Assembly: GCA_964016885.1 (NCBI GenBank)
Contig: OZ024741.1
Span: 145,204,001 to 145,268,000 of the forward strand
From: Eledone cirrhosa
Taxonomy: Eukaryota
Direction of reading: 5' to 3'
DNA: 64,000 bases
Part shown: positions 12,445 to 24,824 of the stretch, in pieces
Layout: every line of letters starts with the position of its first letter
Position numbering within the stretch: the stretch's first letter is position 1
Position numbers and translations under genes: made by a program
The notes under the pieces: model-generated
Told to the model about the DNA's origin: nothing
The model's input: only the letters and a program-made list of their open reading frames with translations
Databases searched by the model: none

Positions 12445-12883
12445 GGAAGGCGCATGGCTTAGTGGTTAGAGCATTGTGCTTGCAATCGAAAGGATGTGAG
12501 TTCAATTCTCGGACCGGGTGATGTGTTGTTTCCTTGAGCAAGACACTTTATTTCACATTGCTCCACTTTACTCAGCTGTAGAAATGAGATGATAGGACTG
12601 GGGTCCCTATCATTCCACTGCAAAGTAGATCGTGGGGGTGCCACGGCAAAAAAAGCACCCAGCCCACACTGTAAAAGTGGACGTGTAGGCGCCACGGAAA
12701 AAAAGCACCCAGCACTCACTGTATATGAGGTTGGTGTTAGGAAGGGCATCCAGCTGTAGAAATCAAGCCAGAATCAGTTCCCGTATGAGCAAGACAAGGT
12801 CAGCCGACTGGACACTGCCTACAACAGGACAACCCGTCTAACCCATGCAAGCGTGGAAGAACGGACGTAAAACGATGCTGCTG
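12445..12883 (+). mobile_element. SINE-R variant carrying an RTE family B-type 3' end
   Basis: Same tRNA head and body as 902-1294, but the tail is gtatgagcaagacaaggtcagccgac...ccatgcaagcgtggaagaacggacgtaaaacgatg as in RTE-B. Confidence 0.88.
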
Positions 12884-13301
12884 AAGGACCAGTTGGATTT
12901 GTTATATTCCCATCAGGCGATACCAGCTATTTTGAACATTTATACAAGAGCAACTCTGTCTATCCAAAGAGTGCTCTTATCTGGAAGAAAGTGGCAATTA
13001 TATCATTTCAAAGCTTTCCAATTTTCCCTTTAATGAAACGGACAGAATAAATATTGATATCTAACTTGATGTCCCCTCTGCTTTGTGAGCTTAGAGACCA
13101 TGGAAGAGGGTTTTCATGACCATATAAGAGAGTATATTTATTAGTAAATGGTAAAATATAGTAGATGGTATATAAAATGTAGTAGATGGTTTCCAATCCA
13201 GTCAGACTGCAACTACAAATGAAAAAATTGTTAGTTTCCTTTGTAACATTAGCATATCCAAGTTTTCGGATAAATCAACTTACTTTAACTTTGACCTCAT
13301 T

Positions 13302-14358
13302 TCAATGGAATCCTTGAGCTTCATGGAGTTTAACTAACTCTTTGACATGAGGCTTAATTTTCGTAAGATGTAGCCAGAGATCTCCACGTGTAATAACATT
13401 GTAGCGGTTGCGAGGCTTACTGTGCAGTCTGGAAACAGCACCAAACCTCCCCTCAACTAAGTATGAGCTTGGAAAAGGCAGAGCAAATCTCTTAGCCTCT
13501 GCATATAGGAGTGGAAATCGATGCTGATTTTCCTCTTGCATCCAAAAAAGGGGTTCACCTATTTTGGGAAATCTAATTTTGATCATATCATCTGCTTAAA
13601 GTTCAATGAATTCTTCCTTAAATTTATCGTCCAAATCGTCGACGATAGCTATGTAGGGATCTGCTATCCACATTGGGATGTCCATCGGCCAAAGGTCAAC
13701 AAACTGTTCTCTCATGTTGTCTTGTAGCGCACGGAGGTGCGCGGTATAAATTTGGAGTTGATCATTGCTTACAATGTTTTGAACATTGGCGACACTAGGA
13801 AAATTATAGAACTCCCGTCAACAAAGATTCATTTCGATGACATTCTATTTGGCCAGGAATGTTTTCACAGCATTCCTTGCTTTGAGCAAGGTGATCTTCC
13901 TCCCCTGCAAAGCCATAATGACGCTATTGCATTTGTCGACGATGTTGGTGAGGTAGGCGCAGTCTTGCCTCACATCGAGGGTTTTCTTGTACAGTTCTGT
14001 GTTGCGTCCTCGAAGAAACTCAATGATAGAGTCGAACAGTTCAAAGAAGTGAGTAAGGTACTTGCCCTTTGAAAGCCACCTCACTTCATTATGAAGGAGC
14101 AGCTTGACGAATTCTTCGTCATTATCTTGGCACAGTTACCGAAAAATTCGTTCATTGAGGGAATGGCGTTTGATAAAATTGATGACATCAAGGGCCACCT
14201 GCAAGGACTTGCTCAGCCGCTCACTGAGTTTCTTCGCAGCCAAGTGTTGTCGATGAATGACACAATGAACAGCAAATACAGATAGATTTTCTCTCTTCAG
14301 AAGAGTGACGAAACCCTTATGTTGGCCGACCATTTCTCTTGTGTCGTCCGTAGCACAT
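13302..14358 (-). pseudogene. Buster/ZBED5-SCAND3-like hAT transposase, C-terminal half, disrupted
   Basis: ATDDTREMVG, HCVIHRQHLAAK, LLLHNEVRWLSKGK, LQG, PFPSSYLVE.RF, RNR...GDL motifs, with several stops. Confidence 0.92.
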
Positions 14359-14364
14359 GATACA

Positions 14365-14688
14365 ATATGTGTTGCATGTGGTCCTAGATGTATGTATTAC
14401 CTACTTGTGTGTTGTATATAATCCTAGATGTGTGTATTACCTCCTTATGTGTTGTATGTCGTCTAAGATGTATGTATTACCTGCTTATGTGTGGTATGTG
14501 GTCCTAGGTGTGTGTATTACCTGCTTATGTGTTGTATGTGGTCCTAGATCTGTGTATTATCTGATTATGTGTTGTATGTGGTCCTAGATGTGTGTGCTAC
14601 CTGATTATGAGCTGTATGTGGTCCTAGATGTGTGTATTACCTGCTTACGTATTGTATGTAGTCCTAGATGTGTGTGCTACCTGCTTCT
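14365..14688. repeat. 40-bp minisatellite, ~8 units
   Basis: Same unit as 11975-12268. Confidence 0.92.
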
Positions 14689-15127
14689 GTTTTTTTTTCT
14701 CTTTTTTTATTTGTAATATTATTTATACAATAGGGAATAAAATAGATCTACATAGTGTTAACTCATTACGGTTGAGTCAATAATTTCAGACATGAAATAC
14801 ATTGTTATCGGTGAAGGAAAGACAAGATTCTAACTGGCTGCGCTCAAAGTGTCCTTCACCCAGTTGACTGTGGGTTTTCCATTTTTAGGATCTCAATTGC
14901 CGGTTAATGTCTAGACACACCTGTACACCTGCTTACAGCTGCGGTCAGACGATAGTTATGCTCTCTGCATGCTCATTCAAATGCATTCACACTGGCTGTC
15001 TCAGAGACATACAAATATGGCTTATAAAACTTACCAAAGTAAAGAGCCTTCTAGTGCCTCCCTGACGCCCCATTGTTCCAAAACGCCCCTGGGGTGCATA
15101 TGCCCCCTCCCAAGTTGAGAACCTTTG

Positions 15128-15900
15128 TTCTAGACTAATGTCTCTGGTTGTTGGGTTTGAGAGTATTGTACAGATGTGCTTGGTTAAGTTAAAAGGGATG
15201 TTGGTACGGGTATGTGATGGATGAGAAGATGTAAAAAGGAAGTATTGTTGGGAGTCAGTCTGTTTGAAATATATGTCAATTTCTAATGTTCTGTTTCCTT
15301 TTGTTATTAGTATATATAACAATGGAAGTTTCGTATTCTTGTAAACAATATTGGATGTTCTGGTTTATATCATTGGTGAGGGTTTGAAATTCCTTTTATG
15401 TATTCACCGAAATTATTCCTATAAATTTGTTCTATTTTTTGTTTTTATTTTGTAAATTTGTTATTCATGGTATCCCATGACTAGGTTGGCATATGTTAGC
15501 GGAACCTTTGTCCCATGGTTATTCCTGATTTCTGTCGGTAAGCTATTTCATCAAACATGAAATAATTTTTTTTTTTTTAAATGAATTCAAATTCTACAAT
15601 GACATTCATATGGAAGCGCTCTGGTAATTCATAAGGGAATGAGTTTAGCCAGTATTTGATGGCTTCGATTCTGTAATCATGTGGAATGTTACTGCCTAGG
15701 CTTACAACATCCAATGAGACTCTGTAAGTGTTTTGGCTTACATTATCTGGTAGATGGTTGAGAAAATCTAAATCATCTCTTATAAATCTTCGTATGTGTT
15801 TGAGGAGAGGTTTCAATAGATGTCTAAGAAATTTGCAATTTGGGCCTGCTATAATAGGTCTTTTAAGTAAGTTGGTATGGGTATATTTTGCATGTCTCCT
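15128..15900 (-). mobile_element. Penelope-like element, RT part (continuation of 10400-11287)
   Basis: FIRDDLDFLNHLP...SLDVVSL.SNIPH, DIYFKQTDSQQYFLFTSSHPSHTRTNIPF. Joins the 3' part in frame (RDISLE|DTKQLL). Confidence 0.88.
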
Positions 15901-16739
15901 TAATTAATCTGGGCAATATGGTTATGTACAATAAGATTAGGTATAGAGTTGCATAGCGTTTTTGCACCAAAAATTGATGATTACATGATTAAGAATAAAA
16001 TTGTTCTTGTAGATTTTGCGCCACAAATAGTGAGTGTTATGGTTCAGTGAACGCGGCCAGTGACAACTTCAAAAGGAATTCATGTCAATTTTATTGTTTA
16101 GTCAAGTCTGTCTAGAGAATTGTTTGCGCCTCCACCTCTTTTTAAGTATATATAGAGATTATTTATGTGTAGGTGTCTGTAGAAATATTTTTGTTTTGTT
16201 TCCTCCTGCGTCGTGATATGATGGGTCACATGACAACAATTAAAATGACTAACTCAAATAATGGCTTCTGATTTAAGTACAGGGCCAAAAAACAATCTCT
16301 TAAGGATGAAAGGCAAAGCTAATCTCGGTGGGATTTGAACTCAGAACGTAAAGGGCCGTAACTATATGCTGCAAAGCATATTGGCCGATGCTCTACCGAT
16401 ACTGCCACTCCACTGCCCTCTATAAAATAATAATAATAATTGTTTCTACTTTTGGCACAAGGCTAGCAATTAACCAGTGTATTACTGGTACTTTATTTTA
16501 TCGACCCCGTAAGGATGAAAGGCAAAATAATAATAATAATAATCATTCAGTCAGCAAAATTAACAAGAATATTGTACGTTATTGCAAGGGAGAGAGAGAG
16601 AGCGAGAATGTGTGTGTGTAAGGGATACGATTTTTCCTCTTCTCCGTTCGAGAACGAGTACAGCATAACAATAATAGTAGTAATAGTAGTTATAATAGTT
16701 ACATTACCAAAATGTCTGTGTGGACAGTTCCTCGCAAAT

Positions 16740-18125
16740 ATTTCTCGTTAGAGTTTATTCAAACGTGGTTTGTAATTTTGAATAAATATATTTTATTTAT
16801 TTATTCGTGTATTGGCTGAACAAAGATGAAGTAGAAAGACTTGGAATTTAACGGACGTATTTGTTGCACATATGTCTAAATGCCTGCTAAGTGGTATTTG
16901 TCTTGTGGCGGGGTCTCGTAATTGTTGGCAATGAATTTTCATCCTGTTTCTGAGGGTGAGTTTGGTTTGCCCTATGTAATCTTCGTTACATCCTTTACAT
17001 TTAGTAGCATATACTAAATTTTTTGGTTAACAGTTAAAATGATTTTTTACAAAAAACGTTTGTCTTCAATGATGTTAGTACAGGTTCCGCAATTAGGGCA
17101 ACCACAACTTTTTACTGTTGGTGTTGGGTTTGTGATGGGTAATTTGATGCTGGCGAGTAGTTTTTAAAGGGATTTTGGTTTTCTTTTTCTTTTTTTATTT
17201 TGTGTGTTTCAAGTGTTTCTTTTCATTCTTGGGTCTCATCTCAGTGGGAAGTTCTTATGGATAATGTATTTCTTGGGTTGTGTATTGAGATTTAGGATAA
17301 AATATTGGACATAATTGAATCTTTTTCTTTCGTAATTTTTGAATATCTATTGCTTTGGCACGTTCTATTCTATGGTCTATTAATAGTGATTAAGATGTAA
17401 CTGCCTTGTGAGTATTTCTTTTAATTCTTAGGGTCATTTATTCTGGGTTTCATAATTTGAGTCAGTTGTGCATATTCTTTTCATTAGATAAAGGGAATAT
17501 TTGTTTTGTGTGTTTTGGATGGTTTGAGGTGAAGAGCAAATATTGTTTAGAATCTGTTGGTTTGTAGTGGATGTCAGTTTTAATGTTTTTCTTTTTTATT
17601 ATTAGCATGTCCAGGAATGGTGGTGGGTCTTGATTATATTCCATTGTGAATTGGATATTATTATTGATACTGTTAATTAGGGTCTTGAATTCGTTGATCG
17701 AATGTGTGCGTCCATATGAAAGACAGTCATTGAAGATCGTGTTCAGTTGTCTAGTAAATATTTGTGGAAGTCCAAGCTGTATTCTAATTTAGATCGTTCA
17801 TATATCTGGATTTCCAGGAATGCCATGACTAAATTAGTGTAAGTCGGAGCAACGCTATGCCAATTGCAGTACCCGATATTTGTTTGTAAATATTGCTATT
17901 AAAATCAAACAAATTATTTTGTAGAATGAATTTACTCCCTCGGTGATGAAACCTTTTTCTATTCTTTCCGGGATTTCATTAGGGAACTTTTCGAACCAGA
18001 ATCCTATTGTCTCTAGTCCGTATTGATTGGGATCGTAGTGTAGAGGTTTATTACGTTAAAAGATATAATAAAAGTCTCTCTGTTGATATGTTTAAGGAAA
18101 TGGTTTCAGACATCTAGGTCATTTG
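16740..18125 (-). mobile_element. Penelope-like element (Neptune-type Cys linker), RT C-half and GIY-YIG, degenerate
   Basis: PFLDMLI...TDIHYKPTDSKQYLLFTSNHPKHTK; SCGCPNCGTC; NLVYATKCKGCNEDYIGQT. Confidence 0.85.
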
Positions 18126-18129
18126 CTTT

Positions 18130-19720
18130 TCTTGTTTCCAAGAATCAGACTTATACTACGGTGAATAAGAAAGCTTTCAACTCAGTTACAATTATTGTAG
18201 TTTTTTTTACTAGAGTGTCACGAACCTCATTGTCATAAGCTCCCTTTATGTCTAGTGAGATCAAGGTGATCAATTTTTTCAAGTGTTTTGAGTTTCTGGT
18301 GAATGTGGTTATTTCATGTACACAGTTCCCAGTGTTTCTATTTACTCGAAATCCGAATTGGGATTTTGGGAAAATGTTCATTGATTCTCCTAAGTAAGAT
18401 AATCTATTGCTTATGATTTTTTTCTAGCATTTTAGAAAGATTGCTTGGTAAAGCTATTTGACAGTATGATCTGGTAGAGTGGTAGTTATCCTTATTTGGT
18501 TTTGGTATTACTAACGTATGAGTAAATTTTCATATATATGGATTTTGTTGGAATTTGCTTATACTATGTATTACACTCCAAGTTTCATTGATGATTAAAT
18601 TGGATATACCATTGAGGTTTGTGGCTGTTTCTATGTTCAACTCGTCCTTAACTGCTTGTATTTCTTGTTCAATAATAGGAGGGAAATCTACGTTTAGAGT
18701 GAGAGGACCAGGAGCTTTGTAATGGGTAGTAGATTCTTTAAATGAAGTGTTGCCAACAAACGATTCTGCAAATAGCGAAGAGAGTTTGGCAGTGTTTGAG
18801 ATTACCTCACCATTATGAGCTCTTGATTTGTTTTGGGGGATTTGGATTTGATCATTGAGTTGTATATGCTCCATATATCGCCCATGGACTCCAGGTTAGC
18901 TTTGCTAGATCAGAAATCATTTTTGGTTTGTTTTATTAGCCTTATAAACTTTTTGTTTAGTCCTTTATATTTTCCTAATTAGAATCTGTTGAATGGTATT
19001 TCCATTTTTTTAATGGCTGGGCCATTTTGTTCCTTAGTTGTTTTACCATGCCTTATTGTAGTTATTATCCTTATTACTGTTATTTTTTATTAGGAATGGA
19101 ATACGTAAAATGTACGTTTTCAGTGATTGTATCCTGTATTTTGTTGATAAATAATTGTAGTTTTGTTTTTAGCTGATTGGACATTGTAAAATCTGTTGTT
19201 GGGTGATAGTTCTGCTTCTAAGTAATTAGTAAACTTAATCCAGTCAGCTGTGTGAAATTCATATTTGGTGTGTTTCACAATAGCTCAGATTTTCGTTGGT
19301 TATAAGAATTGCAATATTAAAAGTGTTAGTGGCATGATCCAATCCTAGATCCATATTTTGTCTTAATTGCCAGTATGCTATAAATGGAGAGGCTGGGAGA
19401 GAAGACCACAAATGATCTATTGTTGAGGTTCTGTTGTTCAAATGTTTGTAGGTTGGGGAGTATGTAGAAAAAAGTTGTGTTTATTCATGGCCTCTAAGAG
19501 ATATTCTCCTTTTTTTATACTGTCTTTCCTGATGTTAGTATATAATGGATGGTGTGCATCGAAGTCCCCCGAAATTAGCATTTTGCTTCGTGAATTAGAT
19601 GTATCTAGGAAGTCTTCAATTTTTGTTATTGTATCTGTGCTTTTTGAGAGGTTATAAATATTACATAAACGTCTAGCTTCCTGATGTACACAAACACAAT
19701 ATCTATGGAGTTACACTCCC
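18130..19720 (-). mobile_element. Old APE-type LINE relic (I/Jockey-like), endonuclease and RT N-half
   Basis: ISGDFDAHHPLY, TSTIDHLW, LGLDH, PKSQFGFRVNRNT, LISLDIKGAYDN, with many stops. Confidence 0.75.
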
Positions 19721-19779
19721 TTTGCATTTTGTCTAATTTAAAGATTAGTTCAGATTTAATCACTGTGAGGCACTTTGAT

Positions 19780-20460
19780 GCTACATGCTAGCATGTATTG
19801 GATATAAAAAAAGAGAGAATTCTGTGAATTCTTGTTTGTACAGGTTCAAGTCATGTTGTAGGGGTTCTTGAAATAGGAATAAATCAAATGTTGAGCTATA
19901 AATGTTGAATAGTCATATTTTTTTTGTGTTAAGCTTATTTGATGTTGGCATATGAGTGTGTTTAGTCTGGTCACAGGTTTTGATTGTTGTCAATTGTTTA
20001 CCTTTTCATAATAGTATTTTTATAGTTTTCAACATCCATAATGATGACAGTACTTCTCTTATCTGCTTCCTTAATTATTATGTAATAATTGTTTTTTAAT
20101 TCATGGATGATTTCCCATTTCTTTTGGCTGGTGATGGATTTGGGTTTAGGATGTGGTTGTTCATTCTATGGGAAAGTTGATTTGTGATCATAACATTTGT
20201 CCAAAGTTTTATTCCTAACTTTTGTAGGTTTGTAGTTGCTTTTATTTCACACAGTTGACTTGTGAAAAACTTTTTCTGTTAGTTGTAATTTTCTCCAGAA
20301 GTGTGAGATATCATCTATCTCGAGATTAGAGTATTCTGGTGTTCCAGTGAATTTTAATCCTCTTGACAGGATTTCGATTGAGAGGTTTATATTTGATAGA
20401 TTGATTATTTTCGGCTTTTCATAGTCGGTTTGTACCACCGAGTGTCATGATTCTGTTGAC
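19780..20460 (-). mobile_element. Penelope-like element N-terminal part (probably belongs with 16740-18125)
   Basis: IINLSNINLS.EILSRGLKFTGTP; IIIKEADKRSTVIIMD. Confidence 0.75.
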
Positions 20461-20789
20461 TTGGTCTAAAAATTGATGATCATTTAAATTCACCCTTTCA
20501 TGTATCTGATGGCTTTTTTTCTGTTATTGTGTGGTCTTTTATAGTACTTTTGTGTGTTCTTATGTTTGGACTATTGTTGGCCCAGTTTAGAATTGTTAGT
20601 GGGTTGTACTTTCTGGTCCTTTGTGCATGTTGTAATCTACAGTTTTGGAAGAAGTTCTGTCTTGAGACAGGGAGCACTTGGGTTCTTTCAGTGGGTTTTT
20701 TTTTACTTTAACTTCAGTAAGTGTAAGTTTGACGTTTTGGAACTGCTTTTGTTGGTTGTGAGTGTGATTTGTGAATTTTAACTTGTGTC

Positions 20790-21187
20790 AGGAATGGGTT
20801 ATTAGTAATGATAGAAAGAGTATGATTGCAAATACAAGCAGCTGAAATGGGGTTCCCCCCGAAGAGTTTTTGGAGTAACACTACTCGATAGAGTGAATAG
20901 CTTGGAGATCAGAGAGTCACTCCAGGTAGAGCCACTACTTCTCTGAATTAAGAGAAAACTCTGATATTATGGGCATATGGTTGTCTCAGGAAAGAATCAC
21001 TGGACAGATTTTATGGGCAAAACCAACAGGCAGGAGATCCAGGGGTAGACCCCAAACATGATGGTTGGATAATATCCATGAACTCAACTGGTCATGCTTG
21101 GCTTCTGACAGGACCTACTGAGAAGAGTGTTTGAGGAATTTGCCCCCAAAGATCCTCTCAGGAATAAGTGGGCAAAAATGAAGAAGG
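20790..21187 (+). mobile_element. Old RTE-like LINE 3' end (family D), (AAG)n tail
   Basis: Degenerate ILWAKPTGRRSRGRPQT.WLDNI. Related copies at 36230-36700 (-) and 43335-43425 (+). Confidence 0.72.
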
Positions 21188-22034
21188 ATTATTCGTATGA
21201 TTTTCGTTTTTAATTTCATTTTCATAATTGCTGATTCAAACATTATGTTTTTCCCATTGCTGGAGCGATATTAGTTCTTCCTTATCAGAACTTTCTTTCC
21301 AGAGTGCTTTCTTGGAGTAACCCTTCAGATAGTTTTCAAATTCTACTTCCATTTGTTGGTCGAATAATTTGAATTTTTCCTCGATGGAATTGGCTCTTAA
21401 CCACAATAATTATATCGCCATTTTGAATTTTTCTAAATCGATCTTTTGCCTAAGTTTCAGGTTCATTCTGAATATGCTTTATTTGAATTTTTTTTACAGA
21501 GAATGATCAGAGTTGAATTGAGCCATTCTTCATACATATCCGTTTTGCTGTTATCTTTTAGAAAATCCCAAAAGGCAAAATTGCGGTCTGTAAGGTTTTG
21601 AGTCCATATGTGGCTCAGGATGCTTTTCACTGAGTGGGTTTGTCGTCTCTATTGTTTTGCATAATTGGTTTAATGTTTGAATAATAACCACTTGTTGAGT
21701 ATTCTCTCATTATTCAACGGGTTCCTTTGCATAATGTTTTATTTCATCAATTTCGTTGGTCGAGATTGAAAACATGGAAGATATTTCCTTTAGTACCTTT
21801 AGAACAGTAATTCTTAATCTCTATTATCGTGGTACACCTTGAGATGTTAATATTATATCCTGCACACGTAGGCCTAGTGCATAAGACAAAATAATTTTCA
21901 AGTCAAATTATCAGCTACTTAGCTGCTACTATTTAATTAATTAACTACTATGTTGAAAAAAAATGGAAAGCTATGAAATACTGAATGATGAGAAGTAAAA
22001 TGGAAAATATATTTTTCTGGACCTCTCCTCACAC

Positions 22035-22080
22035 CTCTTCGGGGTGTGGGCACCCCAGGTTAAGAACTACTGCCTTAGAA
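22035..22080 (-). mobile_element. Solitary Charlie/Buster-type terminal inverted repeat
   Basis: ggttaagaactactg (22058-22072) plus ccttagaa target-like 8-mer, similar to 15113-15135. Partner end not found. Confidence 0.5.
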
Positions 22081-22333
22081 TATCTTGATTCAATATAATG
22101 TTGTTTTGGTTAGACTTTGGAGGCATTTTCGGTCCTCATATAGTGAGTACACATAGGAATGTAAATTATTTTTTAACAGAAAGAAATTTTCCAAAAGTGC
22201 AGATTCGAGACACATTGTCACACATCTCTCAATTTCACATAACTTTTGAAAATCATTCAAACATGAAACCAGTAAAGGTATTATTAATAGATTTTAAAAA
22301 TTCCAATTGTGTTTTCATTCAACTTCTTTTCCC

Positions 22334-22367
22334 TATATATATATATATATATATAAATATATATGTA

Positions 22368-22411
<44 letters not shown>

Positions 22412-22850
22412 TACATATATATTTATGCATACATATATATGCATACATATCTGTGCATATATATCTATATCTGTGCATATATATCTATATCTGTGCATAT
22501 ATATCTATATCTGTGCATATATATCTATATCTGTGCATATATATCTATATCTATGCATATATATATCTGTGCATATATATATCTATTCATATATATATCT
22601 ATGCATATATATCTATACATATATAAATATATATCTATACATATATACATATACATATATACATATACATATACATATATATATACAGACGCACAGACAT
22701 ACACACACACACGCATATATATATATAGGTGTGTGTATGAGTATGCCTGGATGTACATATACATACAGAGCACAGACATACACACACACACGCATATATA
22801 TATATAGGTGTGTGTATGAGTATGCCTGGATGTACATATACATACAGAGA
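22334..22850. repeat. Complex TA-rich satellite with a 20-bp minisatellite and a ~76-bp tandem duplication
   Basis: atctgtgcatatatatctat repeated at ~22450-22570; gcacagacatac...catacaga duplicated at ~22691-22848. Confidence 0.9.
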
Positions 22851-23246
22851 AATGCGTAGAGTTACTATCTACATGAACAACCTGAAAAGAAAAGCAAATA
22901 CAAAAAATATTGAACCGAACATACAGATACATGCATGAAAGAATAGTCAAAAACACTTAGCAATACACTCAGCATGACAAGCCTAACACACACACATGCA
23001 GAGAAACACACATACACTGCTGCAAGAGGGTGTATAATGCCAATATTAGTAAAATAATTAACGTCGTTTATATTCTCTGGATGTCTTCAGTGCCTTGGAT
23101 AGATTCACCAAACAGGAAAAACGGTTACTGCCAGACACACTGGCAACCAGCATGTCATAGGCATTCAGAAGACTTTATCCTTCACACTCACGTTTCTGGC
23201 ATTTATCTGGCAATATACACAGGCATAAGGGTAAATATAGTATAAG

Positions 23247-23286
<40 letters not shown>

Positions 23287-23308
23287 CATACACGCACTCA
23301 CACACACT

Positions 23309-23352
<44 letters not shown>

Positions 23353-23376
23353 CATACATACACGCACTCACACACA

Positions 23377-23472
<96 letters not shown>

Positions 23473-23880
23473 GAAACAGAGACCGCTGGCAAAAGCGAGG
23501 AAGAAAGAGAGGAAAAATTGAATTTGGTAGCTATAGAAATTTAGTGTATAGCCGCTGTCTATTTCAAATTGCATGAATTATCAAATATATTGCATAAATG
23601 ATTAGTTTACTCAACAATATAATCAGAATACTTACATAGCTTTATAATCAATCATTTTCATTTATATGCACTCACATACACATTTGTTCAAACTTCATAT
23701 ATATACATATAATATTTTACTGGTTTTAGTCATTAAATGACAGCTATGCCTAGCACTATGAAAGGATTTAATCAATCATATGGACCCTTTTTTGAAATCT
23801 GGTACTTATTTTATATATCACTATTTGTTGAACCTCTAGTTTACGAAACAAACACATACACATATAAGCTTAAATATATA

Positions 23881-24784
23881 TTGTCTCTTGTTCACGATTT
23901 CACCGAGTTTATATTCATAGAAATCTGGGACTTGTCTCTTTCTTCTCACTTTCCGTTGCTTAAACCACTTTGTTTGTTACCCTAACGTCCCCTTTATTTA
24001 CGTGTCCCAACGACTTTTTTTAGCCGTTGTTCGCACCAACCTGAGGTATATGGCCCTTAAAGCGATGAAATGCCTGGGACGGTTGGAGGGTCACTGATGA
24101 AGGACTTACTTTTTCATATGCACCCCATTTGCAACGCGCAGCTCATCATTATTATCATATTTATACATAATTTTTCTTCTGCTGCCACCCGTCTGTTTCG
24201 TTCTTTGTATCTTTACCCTTTCTAGCAGTCTCTCTCTCTGTTAGCCTCCTCCTCAACTTTCACTCACTCATTCTCTGTCACTACCTCTCCTCCTCTTTCC
24301 TCTTCTTTCCTCCTCTTTCTTCTCGTTTGACCTGTGTGTAATTCTTTTCTCGCGTGTTCTTGGTCAAGCCGGTATGAAATTTTTTCTCTCTCTCTCTCTT
24401 TCGTCTGCGCTTCACAAAACTTATGTTTACCAAATTCGTAGACCAGACCCCTTCTTCTTCTTCTTCTTCTTCTTCTTCTTCTTCTTCTTCTTCCCCCCAT
24501 TAGACCTGTGCGAAATTCCTTCCTTGCTCACATTTCAACCAGGTTTGATGGTCTTTTGTCTCTTGTTCACGATTTCACCGAGTTTATATTCATAGAAATC
24601 TGGGACGTCTCTTTCTTCTCACTTTCCGTTGCTTAAACCACTTTGTTTGTTACCCTAACGTCCCCTTTATTTACGTGTCCCAACGACTTTTTTTAGCCGT
24701 TGTTCGCACCAACCTGAGGTATATGGCCCTTAAAGCGATGAAATGCCTGGGACGGTTGGAGGGTCACTGATGAAGGACTTACTT

Positions 24785-24790
<6 letters not shown>
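23881..24790 (+). mobile_element. Non-coding element with ~238-bp terminal direct repeats (pLTR- or retrozyme-like), in (TA)n
   Basis: 23881-24119 and 24556-24792 are identical apart from a 2-bp indel. The 436-bp pyrimidine-rich interior contains (TTC)n and no plausible ORF. Confidence 0.75.

Positions 24791-24823
<33 letters not shown>

Positions 24824-24824
<1 letters not shown>

Larger units (their letters stand above)
11288..15127 (-). mobile_element. hAT (Buster/Charlie) DNA transposon, internally rearranged
   Basis: Right TIR agttgagaacctttg (15113-15127) followed by target site ttctagac. Left TIR remnant ttctcaaccc (11288-11297). Transposase relic inside. Confidence 0.85.

Noticed and set aside
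21190-21860. Possible transposase relic upstream of the 22058 TIR
   Set aside because: No recognisable motif in any frame and no partner TIR found.
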